Both the position numbers and the translations under genes were made by a program. Of a stretch of 64,000 bases of DNA, positions 25,196-36,789 are shown one piece after another. The DNA is from Octopus vulgaris (lineage: Eukaryota): the NCBI GenBank assembly GCA_951406725.2, contig OX597818.1:77066001-77130000 (forward strand), written 5' to 3'. Each line of letters begins with the position of its first letter. Within the stretch, counting starts at the first letter, position 1. Below the pieces are notes generated by a model. It ran no database searches. It saw nothing but the letters and a program-made list of their open reading frames with translations, and was not told the DNA's origin.

Positions 25196-25350
25196 AATAT
25201 ATATTATTAAAGATTGATTTGAAGCTATACCTTCCAGATGCACACAGAACTATATTGATATTTCTTTCTTTATTATATCTTTTTATCTTGTAGCCATCAT
25301 TCCTGCAGTTCATTCCCTTTCATTTTGTCTCATATCTGTATCTGTTGTAG

Positions 25351-25452
25351 ATAATGAAAATGAACCACAAGCAAAGAGAGAAAGAAAGAGCTCAAGAACC
25401 AGAAATTGATAACCACATGTTGTTGTTTTTAATGAATCTCCACAGCAGAAGA
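25351..25452 (+). CDS. DCAF8: DCAF8 penultimate exon
   Basis: ttgtag|...AGA|gtaagt; IMKMNHKQREKERAQEPEIDNHMLLFLMNLHSRR (human ...DSHMLWFLMHHLRQRR). Confidence 0.9.
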
Positions 25453-25838
25453 GTAAGTCAATATGGCCATCTACTAATTAGATCCAATTAATGACTTGGG
25501 TTTGTTAATATGGTTCACTGGTGAACACTTAATCGGTCAAGTGTTTGTTTCAGTTACTGGAATATCTCATTCAGCAAGCAATTAGTCATCATGTTAATTT
25601 GTACCAAAACTTTACTTGATACATCATCATCACCACTATCATAATTCTCTTTCATTATCATCATCACCATCGTGTTTGTGTATAGAGATGTGTAAGTACA
25701 AATGTATAATGAACTGGGTTAATGGGGGTGTAGGGGAGTTGGTGTATGTATGTATGTGTGTGTATATAACTAGATTGGTTTGTGTATTTGTTTTTTTTAT
25801 TTTTTTGTTATTCTATTGTATTTTATTTATTTTTGCAG

Positions 25839-25934
25839 TTTCATCGTGAGGAAGATGATGGTAACTCCAGTGATGATAGTGACCTTTTGTCAGATGATGA
25901 AGAACCCGAAAGAATCCAATGTACTCAGTCCTAA
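25839..25934 (+). CDS. DCAF8: DCAF8 terminal coding exon
   Basis: ttgcag|TTT...TCC TAA; FHREEDDGNSSDDSDLLSDDEEPERIQCTQS*, acidic tail plus C-terminus like human DRVQCMPS. Confidence 0.9.
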   Translation, partial: FHREEDDGNSSDDSDLLSDDEEPERIQCTQS

Positions 25935-27230
25935 ATGGGTTAACATACGCCCCTACCCTTGCCCAACCCTCTTCTGTTATTATTATTATTATTATTATAA
26001 TTTTGAAGTGGCTTATCTGCAGTTTGGTCTCTTCTTAATATATATAAAATCAGTGCAACATGGAACAAGGCAAGCAACTCTTTCTCTTCTCTTCTCTTTT
26101 CATTTAGCAACCTTCATCAACTTAATTATGCAAACGAAAAGAAAAAAGAAAATAAACACCAACAACTGCAAATAATTGCTTGCTAAACACAACAATGTCC
26201 TCTTATTTTTAATTGAAATATTTTGATTAGTTCCCACAAAACAGTCTGACTTTATGTTCCTCCTCTCCCTCACTCACTCCCTCCTCCTCCTCTTCTTCCT
26301 ATTGATGGAAGTTTCTTAGATGGAATTTCTACATGAACCAATCACTTCTGTTTCCTTTTGGACTATTAAAAAACAGAAAAAGAAAAAAAATCTTGAATAT
26401 TCTGAAGTTTAAAATAACCAGTGAACTCCTTGAAAAAAAAAAAGAATACAACAAAACCTCCCAAAACAAATCACACCCTTTTTCTCTTATGTAATAATTC
26501 TAATCACAGTATGAGATAAATGAGACCAATAAATGTGTGTATGTATTTTGCACATGTGTGTCTGACTGGATGTGTGTGTGTGTATGAGTGTGTGTGATAC
26601 TGTAGTTATGTCTCCAGTTCTGTTATTGGTTGATGCTGTTCCTTTAGAACATTGCTTGCTTTTTCATGGGAAGAGTTTACAACAACAAAAAACTTGCATC
26701 ACAATTAAATAACATTTGGGTATGCAGAGTTAAAACACTTACATACACATAAAAAGGACATGTTTGTATGAAATGGTGCTGATTACCAGATAATGAGACA
26801 GGAGAGGCAGTAAAACAAAAAGAAAAAATTCCCCTATAGAGGTCAGAATCTAGTTGCTTTCTTTTTTTTTTTTTTTCGCCATTTTGGTAATTCTTCACTC
26901 TCAGGACTTTATTATTAAAAAAAAAACTATTTCTTCAAACAGTTTTGAAGATGTTCTAAAGATAAAAATGCCATTTTAAAACATGTCAATTAATTGTTGC
27001 TAAATGATGGATCCTGATTTTAATTTTTTTTTTGTCTTGTTTAGATAATTTTTATTCCACCCACCCTTTCCCCCCTTACCAATATTATGTCTTTCATTTT
27101 TTGCAAGCAAAGCCCCAAAATATTTGATACATTTTTCAGGAGATAGTTTATCTTGGTTATACGGAAGGAGTGTTCTTTTTTTAATTGTTGTTTTCTAAAA
27201 ATAAAACTTGGCACTAACTGTACAAGACTG
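25935..27230 (+). other. Probable DCAF8 3' UTR
   Basis: TE-poor, A/U-rich stretch after the stop; AATAAA at about 26528 and 27200; SINEs resume after about 27460. Confidence 0.5.
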
Positions 27231-27300
27231 TTTGTTTATACTTCCGAATGTGGTCATATGGTTTTAATGGACAGTGAACATATGTTCAAACAATGCATGT

Positions 27301-27358
<58 letters not shown>

Positions 27359-28317
27359 TTATATGTGTGCATGTTTAAAAGATGTATATGCGTTTGATAG
27401 TCAATGTGTGTGTTTGTGGTGTATATACAGATATATATATATATCTTTTATTTTTTACTTGTTTGTCTGGGCACCCCCTTGAAGAGTTTTTAATTGAATG
27501 AATTGACTGCAGTACTTAATCTTTGTTAAACCTGGTACTTATTCTATCAGTCCCTTTTGATGAAGTACTAAATTACGTGGATATAAACACTGCAACACCA
27601 GTTGTCAGGTGGTACTAGGGGACAGACACTGGCACAAAGGCACACACACATCTATGTGTGTGTGTGTGTGTATGTATGTATGACATATACATGATGGGTT
27701 TCTTTTCAGTTTCCGTCTGCCAAATACACTCACAAGGCTTTGGTAGGCCAAGAAGGCTACAGAAGAAGACAGTTGCCCAAGGTGCCATGCAGTGGGACTG
27801 AACCCAGGACCATGTGGTTGGGAAGCAAGCTTCTTACCACACAGCCATGCCTGCACCTTTACACTCATACACATACATCATACTTATTGTGTATGTCACA
27901 CCATTTTATACTTGTTTTTTAATTTAAAAATAACACAAGGATGTAACTTATGACCGAATGCTACTTAAGCATGGGTAAATGAGGTATATGTATGTGTGTG
28001 TTCACAGGATTATCATCATTGTTTTAACATCCGCTTTTCCATGTTTGCATGGGTCAGTCAGATTTTGCTAAAACAGATCTCCTACAACCAGATGCCCTTC
28101 CCGAACTAATACTCGCTTGCTTCCAAACAAGGTGATATTTCCTCATAGCCAGACGTCTTCAAAGCTGGAAACACTTGGTGTTGTTTGTAAGACAATGATG
28201 CTCATTTACAACTATCTCATGATGTCAAGACAAAAGGATAGAAACACACACACAGTCATCTAAGAATCCATAAGTCAGAAAAATAATATGTACCCATATG
28301 TTTGTCCATAAAGTGGG

Positions 28318-28577
28318 TATATTAATCAACATATACAGTATTATAGTTCCATTTCTGTCAATTTTACCAATCAGTTACTCTCAGTATTGGATAATCGGAT
28401 ATTGGATAACAACATGGTTATGTAACACCATGTGCTCTTCAGAGATGCAAGCCATCTCTGAAAGGCACATGATGTTATTTAACCATGTTATTATCTGGTT
28501 ATCTAATACCCAGTGCAAAACTGATTGGTAAAATTGGCTAAAATAGATTTATGATACTGCATACTTTGATTAATATA
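28318..28577. repeat. Old ~260-bp palindromic (foldback/MITE-like) element
   Basis: Arms pair around CAGAGATG-caagc-CATCTCTG (~28450) out to TATATTAATCAA / TTGATTAATATA. Confidence 0.75.
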
Positions 28578-28699
28578 TATATATATTGTTTGTACTTCCG
28601 AATGTGGTCATATGGTTTTAATGGACAGTGAACCTATGTTCAAACAATGCATATTACATATATATATATTCTATTCTTTTCATTATTCTGTCTAGTTAC

Positions 28700-30884
28700 A
28701 TGCCATCATGTAAATGTGCTTTTCGATAGTCTCGTCTTCCTGTTGTTCCCTAAGATAACCTTATATTCATTGATTCACTCAGCTATTAAAGTCTTATCAC
28801 ACAGCAACATCTCTATCCTCTAAAATTTGTCTTTCTCAGATTTTTCAAGTCTATATTTTTGCTCTCTCATTACACTACGATTAGCAGACCCTCTTCCTAG
28901 TTAGAGGTGCGCCCTCCCACCCCTCCATCAGTACCGGAAATTCCTATCCTTTGTCATCCCTGGGTTGCCTCCCATGAACACTGCAAAAGGCATTCCACCA
29001 TCCCCACCCCCAGTCTCGGGCTATCTCCTATGTAAAGTAATGATCGTATAGTGCAAAATATGAAAGGGTAGTGTTATGCAGGTTGAACTGAATCCTACTG
29101 TATTGCTTGCTCATGAATTCTGCCAAATGCAAGTTTTCTTTTCGTGTACATGAAGCTACTGTACCCCATCCCAGGGTTTCTAGGGCCCATACCTCCCACA
29201 CCCTCAGGGTTGGCACACTGAAAGGTAGGTCTGGCAAGATTGTTGAGATGCTTGAATGGAGTTGTGTCTATGTGTTGCATCCAAGAAGTGAGGTGGAGAG
29301 GAGGTTCTGCTAGGTTCCTCACAGGCAAAGAACACAGGTACAAGATTTTCTGGGCTGGGAACACTGACGGGGTCGGGGTGTGGGTTTACTTCTCGCTGAA
29401 AAATGGGTAGATAAGGTAATTGAGGTAGTCAGAGTATGCGACAGAATACTTAAGATTAGATTAGTGCTTCATCATGGATTAGCAACCATTATATCGGCCT
29501 ATGCCCCTCAGCCAGGGCTACCCGATGGACAGAAAGACCGATTCTATGACACCCTACTGCAGACTACTTCGTTGACGAACGACAGGGACCTTCTCTTTGT
29601 GGCTGGTGACTTCAATGGGCATGTTGGACAACATGCTGGGGGCTTCCATGGTGTACATGGAGGCTACGGTTATGGTTCTTGCAACGAGGAGGGAACCAGG
29701 CTCCTGGAGTTCTGTGATGCAAATGATCTTATGGTTTGCAACACTAACTTCAGGAAACCTACCAGCCACCTAGTCACCTACCGATCGGGCCGACATACTA
29801 GCCAAATTGACTACATCCTTGCCAGAAAAAGGGAAAGATGGCTGCTTATAAATGCCAAAACCTTCCCAGGCGAAGAATGTACCCCACAACATAGACTGGT
29901 AGTTAGTGACTTTAGGATCAGGACTAAGAGGATGACCAACATGGAGAAGAAGGGTCTGGAAGCTTAAAGATCCTGCGAATGGAGAGAGATTTAGAGACAT
30001 ATTACTTGAAGCTTTTGACGAAATAGAAGGGGATATAGCTTCACATGGGGTAGAAGACAACTGGAGGTTTCTAAGAGACAACCTGCTGAAAGCCACTGAC
30101 CAGATCTGTGGATGGTGCAAAGTCCCCTATAAACCCAAAATAACGTGGTGGTGGAAGAACATTGTAGACAGGGCTATCAGAGAAAAGAGACAGGCTTGGA
30201 AGAATGGTGGTAGCAGGGAATCGTATCAGACTGCCAGAAGAAAAGCTAGGAGACAGGTTTATTTAGCCAGAGGGGAAGCAGATAAGAAAATGTTCTGCTC
30301 CGTGAGGACCAAAGACTTGAGGTATTTCATGTTGCAAGACAGTGTGTGAGAGAGAATCATGTGGTAGGAGAGAAATGTGTTCACATGGATGATGGTTCAC
30401 TTGTGCTAAATGAGGCTGCCAAGAGAGAGGTTTGGAGACACCACTATGAAAGGTTCCTGAACAAAGAAAATGAATGGGAGAAAGAGAGTCTGCCGATTGT
30501 CGACCCAACAGAGGGACCAGCTATCTGAGTTGACAGTACCTTGATAGTTAAAGCAATTAAAATTATGAAGACAGGGAAAGCCCCCAGCCCATCAGGAATT
30601 ACTACAGAGATGCCTAAAATATCTGGCAGTGTCGGCATTAGCCTGGCCACCCATATAGTTAACCAGGTGATACACGAAGGAGTCATACCTAATGACTGGT
30701 GTAGCAGCACTATAGTCAACTGCTACAAAGGAAAACCTGAAGCTTTAGATACAAATAATTACAGAGGTATCAAGCTGTTGGATCAGGTAATGAAGATCAC
30801 GGAGAGGGTCATAGCCCAACTAATTAGGAAGAGAGTCAGTTTAGATGAGATGCAGTTTGGTTTCGTGCCAGGGAAAAGCACCAC
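28700..30884 (+). mobile_element. RTE-clade LINE: APE endonuclease plus start of RT, 3'-truncated and inactivated
   Basis: ORFs 29380-29967 (ISAYAPQ, GDFNGHVG, QIDYIL, QHRLVV) and 30541-30924 (KAPSPSGI, NYRGIKLL, MQFGFVPGKSTT), broken by stops and frameshifts; 5' boundary approximate. Confidence 0.92.
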
Positions 30885-31496
30885 AGTGTGGGGCTTTCTT
30901 GCATATATGCTATCCTTGAGGTAACCCCTCAGAAAGCAGTCCATTGAGCTTAGATCTGGTGATCCAGATGGCCAGTGGATATCACCAAATCTAGAAATGA
31001 GATGTTTGAGGAATTGTTCTCAAAGAATTGTCATTGAGAGCTGCGCTATATGACTAGTGGCACCATCTTGTTGGATCCATATCTGTGTCAGGGCAAGCCT
31101 TTATAAGTCAGGGAAAGGTCTTCAGCATATGGTTGTAGTGCTCAGCAGTTACTGTTACAGCTGCGTCATGTTCGTCTTGTCTCATGGAAGTTCATAACAG
31201 CACACAGGATCACATTTTGGGATGTTAGCTGTAGCTTTCCAAAATGCTCTTGAAATTTTCTTCCGACTGCAATGATAGATCTTTGGCTGGTTAAGTATGC
31301 TTTCCCCTTGTATGCAATTTCCTTTGGAGTTTACAGCATTATGAGGGTCACCAACTACCTGTGAAAAATAGCAAAATCATTGATAATATGTCAAACTCCT
31401 GCATATCAGTTATGTAATAAATATATTTGGTACTCTGTCATTTTTATAATCCAAGTTGCTAGCATTTAAATTGTGTCCCATCATTATGACCCACCC

Positions 31497-31497
<1 letters not shown>
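30885..31497 (-). mobile_element. Tc1/mariner-superfamily transposon fragment
   Basis: Minus strand WIQQDGATSH...LISRFGDIHWPSGSPDLSSMDCFLRGYLKDSIY (QQDGA..H / WP..SPDL motifs); terminus AGGGTGGGTCATAAT next to (TA)n. Confidence 0.85.
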
Positions 31498-31529
<32 letters not shown>

Positions 31530-31538
31530 TCACACACA

Positions 31539-31725
31539 GAGTAATCCCTTGACTATCACAGGTGTTCCATTCCAAAAAACCCTGCGATAGGTGAAAATCC
31601 ATGAAGTAGAAACAGTACTGTATTTTTTTTTTAATTATAAATTCAAAACAACACCATGGAGGAATCAACATAAGCTTAAATAATAAACCATGATAGGTGA
31701 ACCACGATATAGCAAGGGATTACTG
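31539..31725. mobile_element. Tigger/pogo-like MITE
   Basis: TIR AGTAATCCCTTG / CAAGGGATTACTG followed by TA; internal repeated GATAGGTGAA. Confidence 0.7.
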
Positions 31726-33558
31726 TATATATAAAATCATCATTTAACGTCCATTTTCCATGTTGGCATAGGTTGCACAGTTTGACAGGAGTTGGCATGG
31801 CTGGGAGCTGCAGCAGATGTTTTAGTGTGGTTTCTACAGCTGGATGCACTTCCTAATGCCAACCACTTTACAGAATATACTGGGTGCTTTTTATGTGGTA
31901 CCAGCACCAACAGGGTCAACACATAATAGCTTGCAAGATGAAAACCCCTCAATGGAGAAAGGAGTGTGTGGCTTTGTTCCAGTTGAAATAAAACAAATTT
32001 CTTATTTGCATAATTACTTCCATAACTGGTCAATCATTTTCCCCCTCTCCTCGTCTTCCCTTGTCTCTGATTCTCTCTCTCTCTCTCTCACTGTCTGCCA
32101 CCAAGCATATGTGCATTCATTACTGCATCTCTTATGTTAACTCTTTCTGTATCTCATTTATTCTCTCTCTCTTTTCTCTCTATGTGATGTAAAATGTGAC
32201 TACAGAAATAACTAATCAACAGTGTATCAGCTACTATTAAACTGCATTTTCATGTCACACTCATTCATGAGTGAAGTGTAGAACAGAAACTATAGACAAT
32301 TAGCAAGACATCACACTCATAAATGAGTCTTAGTGCAGAACAGCGACTGTTGAACTCTGAGACAACCACCTCCACTATGGACACCGTCAGAACCTACAGC
32401 TATAAAATAACACTATATAATTTATTTAAGGAGGGAAGAGTAGTGTCTGTGTATGACCTTTATATTTTTCAGGGCCTCCATTATTGGAAAGAAGATGAAA
32501 GGAAGTTATCAAACCAGAGACATATCCTGAATGCTTGCAGTTGGATGGATTCCTCTGTTAAAGACACCCAAGAACCAGTTGGTGATATTATTAAACTGGC
32601 AACAGATTTGATCTACCATTGAAAAACTCAGAAGACCTAGAATCAGAATTTAATATTCATTTCATCATTTTTATATCCACTTAAAGGTGGATGTTCTGTT
32701 ACAACAAATTATATTGCATTAGATACCATGAGAGAAACTCTCATTGACTCTTGATGCAAAATGCACTCTTGTTTACATCGCTAGCAGGGAGTTAAATCTC
32801 CGCCACCTCCAACGCTGAGACCACTAGATCATGTCTTGGTCTTGTCAGTGATGGATGCTCAACCACTAGAGGTGCCACCAACTCATCTTCCTACTAGTGA
32901 TATATAGAAAAACAGTGCCAGAACAAGTGTTGCGATTTGCCATGAGCTTGTTAAAAAATATATTTTAGCAACAGAGGCAATATTAATACTGAGCGATGAT
33001 ATTTAACCCCACTTAAACGTAGATTGATGAGCACCTATAGATTTGATGAAAGTTAAATTATTATATGTATGCCATATTTCCTGATACTATATATGATAGA
33101 AAACATATTCCTTGAAAGTTACTTGTCATATGATGGGTAACACTCTAGTATACATAAATGTGTGTTTATCTATCTATCTATATATATATATATATAGATA
33201 GAGGGGTGCAAATCAATAACAAGACCAAATCAAATAAAACATCGAAAGTTTAAAGAACTTTGACCAATTTTATTGACGATACATGACTTGGTGGTTAGTG
33301 TATTCAACATAAGATTACGAGTTCAATTCCCGATGGCACGTTATGTCTTTCAGCAAGACACTATTTCGGATTGCTCCAGTCCACTGAGCTGACAAGAATG
33401 AGTTGTGTCTGTGGTTTAATGGGCCAGCCTTGTCACATTCACTGAGTCACAGTGAATCTCTTTGAGAACTACATTAACCCGTTAGTGTTCAGATTATTCT
33501 GTCAAATGTGATGTTTGTTTATTTATATTGTTTTGAATTAATCATGCATTATAATGTA

Positions 33559-34046
33559 CATTATTTACATTTGACAGATATTTGTCCTCATCTTGTTTGT
33601 TGTTAACACAACATTTCGGCTGATATACCCTCCAGCCTTCATCAGGTGTCTTGGGGAAATTTCAAACCTGGGTTCTCATTCCTAAAGTATTTTTTGATAT
33701 TATTATTATTCAGGTCACTGCCTGGAATTGAACTTGGAATCTTGGGATTAGTAGCCTGCGCTTTTAACCACTATGCCGTATGGCATAGTGTTTAAGAGCA
33801 TTGGCTACTAACCCCAAGATTCCGAGTTCGATTCCAGGCAGTGACCTGAATAATAATAATAATAACAACAACAACAACATCAAAAAATACCTTAGGAATG
33901 AGAACCCAGGTTTGAAATTTCCCCAAAACATTTGATGAAGGCTGGAGGGTATATCAGCCGAAATGTTGTGTTAACAAACAAGATGAGGACAAATATTCGT
34001 CAAATGTAAATAACGTACATAATTCCTCATCTCTTAAATATAGAAC
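33559..34046. mobile_element. Head-to-head foldback dimer of a tRNA-head plus hammerhead SINE-like element
   Basis: Inverted arms centred ~33780; 14-bp TSD TGCATTATAATGTA (33545-33558, 34047-34060); A box TGGCATAGTG(G/T) and B box GAGTTCGATTCC at the centre. Confidence 0.85.
33605..33650 (-). ncRNA. Minimal type I hammerhead ribozyme
   Basis: Minus strand GACAC [CTGATGA] A GGCTG-gagggtatat-CAGCC [GAAA] TG TT GTGTT; the mirror copy at 33926-33972(+) has C3 to T. Confidence 0.78.
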
Positions 34047-36058
34047 TGCATTATAATGTAGTTTAGAGATTTCAATGATGTGATTGTTTATTTTTAGAAT
34101 GACATGGTAGGGTTGAAGTAAAATGCCAAATTCGGTCAGTTTCAAATTTGAATGCTAAAGGGTTAAGGGTACATGTATCTGTGGAGTGCTCAGCCATTTG
34201 CATGTTAATTTCCTGAGCACGTAGTTCTATTGATCAGATCAACTGGAACACTTGTCATAACTGACAGAGTGTCTGTCAATTAATTTTATTAGGTCAATGC
34301 TAATGAAGGAAAATAGTTATAAAGTGAAAATTATAGAATATAAATATATGGTTAGGCTTGTTGTAGGTGGCAGATTCATTCACATGGCATTGGTCAGTCA
34401 GTGCCACACGATGAGACTGAACTTGGAGCCATGTGATTACGAAATAAGCTTCTTAACCACACAGCCTTTTATCACTTATTTGTTTCAGTCATCAGGTTGT
34501 GGCCATGCTGGGGCAGTGCCTTGAGGAATTTTAGTCAAACTAATCAACCCCAGTAATTATTTTCTTTTTAAGCCTGGTACTTATCCTATTGGTCCCTTTT
34601 ACTGAACTGCTAAGTTATGGGGATGTAAACACATCAACTCTTGTTAAACAGTGGTGGGGGACAAACACAGACATATAGATATGCGCGCACACACACACAT
34701 ATATTTGACAGGTTTCTTTCAGTTTCCATCTACCAAATCCACTCACAAGGCTTTGGTCAGTCCAAGGGTATAGTAGAAGACATTTGCTCAAGGTGCCACA
34801 CCATGGAACTGAACCCTGAATCATGTGGTCAGGAACAAATACTTTGAGGCATCTTATTCTGGCATTCTATCAATTCTGTCAATCTACAGCCCTGATTTGG
34901 CTCTTTATTTTATTATGCCTCAAAGATGAAAGTAAAGTTGCCCTTGGTGAGATTTGAACTCAGTGAGCTAGAACAACAAAGTATTTTGTCCTACACTCTA
35001 ATACCTCTATCCAAACTACTGCATTGTAAAATGATGGTGGAGGCAGGGGACTTCTACTTGATTGCTCAACAAGTTAGAAATAGAAGCCAGATTTCCATCA
35101 AATTCCACATGTTATTGTTTTAAAAGGGGTACATAGACATATTTGTCCAGAGTAACATAACCCTGGGTATATAGGGTGATCACAAGTGCAACACATTTAG
35201 TTATAAATTTGTTCAATCAAGACTGGCCTAAAACTAAACAACAACTGTAATCCATGTCATAATACTCAGTTGTGATTCAGCATTCTTTTAAAGATTGATG
35301 TATCAAATGATAAGGGAGTAGTCTCCCTTCCTTAAGCTAGTTATTGAGCACTAACATTATTTGTGGAATAAAGTCTTTGATATCTTAATGTTATAATTAT
35401 ATCTCACAATCCAGTGTGGTAGTTTGACAGAATCATTATAGCATCAGACAGAATAACTTGCAATATTTTTTCTGATTCTACATTCTAAGCCCAAATCCTA
35501 CTGAGGTCAACTTTGCCTTTTATGTTGATGAAATAAAGTAGCTGTCAAGTATTGGAGCCAATATAATCAACTAAACTCCCTCACTTGAAAATTGCTGGCC
35601 TTGTGCCTAAATCAGAAATCATTATTTCTTATGACAAATAGTGTACCTTGAACACCAGATCTGTGATTTTCACCAAGTTGATTGACAGTTACCTTTATAA
35701 CATAAGTATTCAATCAAGACTGTCTTATGTCTCACATGTCATTATCATCATCATCATCACCATTTAACATGTCTCCTATACTGGCATATATTTGACTGTT
35801 CAACAAGATCCAATGAACCAAAGAATATGTGTCAGTGCCTTCTTTGACATGTTTTTCTATAGCTGGATGCTCTTCCTAACACCAACCACTTTCCAGTGCT
35901 TTCTTCATAGCACCAGCAGTAGTGAGGCCACCGACTAATTGCAACATAAGAACTTGACTAAGTGAGGGTCTAGTATTGAGAAAGATGGCTTAGTATCAGG
36001 TGTTAAGAGGGACAGGAACAGGTTTTGCTGTAGAGGAGATGGAAAGAGAGAAAGACAT

Positions 36059-36290
36059 ATCGTAATGAAATAATTTTGAACTAAATATTCAGTCGATCCC
36101 CAATCACAAACACCTTTTCTTTGTTCTAAAAATAATTTCAGAAATAATTTGTGCTTCATTAAATAAAGGGAGACAGATGTATCGTAATGAAATAATTTTG
36201 AACTGAATATTCAGTCGATCCACAATCACAAACACCCTTTCTTCGTTCTAGAAATAATTTCAGAAATAATTTTTGCTTTATTGAATAAAT
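36059..36290. repeat. Tandem duplication of a ~122-bp unit
   Basis: ATCGTAATGAAATAATTTTGAACT...AATAAA at 36059 and 36181, few substitutions. Confidence 0.9.
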
Positions 36291-36789
36291 TATTTTGTCT
36301 AGAGAACAAGATGGATTAATTTATTGACACTAGTCATGAAAATGAGAGTATAAAATAGATGTAAGAATTTTATTGAGAAGCTATTATTTGATAAGTCATC
36401 CATAACAAGTTTTTTTGTTGAGGTCTAACTTATCCTATATAATCATCATCATCATAATAATAATTTTAATGACCACTTTTCCATGCTTGTATGAATTAGA
36501 CACAATTTATTGAGGCGGATTTTCTATGGTTAAATGTCATTCATATCACCAACCCTAACTTGTTTCCCTATGGCTGAATATGATTTTCATGGAAGACTGG
36601 AAAAATAAACAACACCATATGCATGATGCCAATGCTTGTTGACAGCTAAAACATCATGTCAAGACAAGGAGATACACACATGCACAGAGATACACACACA
36701 CAAATATTCATATATACACACATATACAATGGATTTCGTTTCAGTTTACATTTACCACATCCACTGACATTATATCCATCCCTATTGCT

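Larger units (their letters stand above)
33478..34162. mobile_element. TTAA MITE inserted in SINE C and itself interrupted by a foldback element
   Basis: TTAA at 33474-33477 and 34163-34166; TIR CCCGTTAGTGTTCA / TGAATGCTAAAGGG. Confidence 0.8.

Noticed and set aside
28400-28446. CTGAAGAG plus hairpin on the minus strand of the 28318-28577 palindrome as a hammerhead
   Set aside because: No GAAA follows the stem, and the opposite arm does not keep the core (CTGAAAGG).
29380-29967. 195-aa ORF as a host endonuclease gene
   Set aside because: It is the APE domain of an RTE LINE with frameshifts on both sides.
32323-32622. 99-aa ORF or possible exon
   Set aside because: No recognisable homology or partner exons; probably decayed repeat sequence.
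33781-33846. tRNA gene
   Set aside because: A and B boxes are present, but the acceptor stem is incomplete and the sequence continues into a repeat tail; it is a SINE head.
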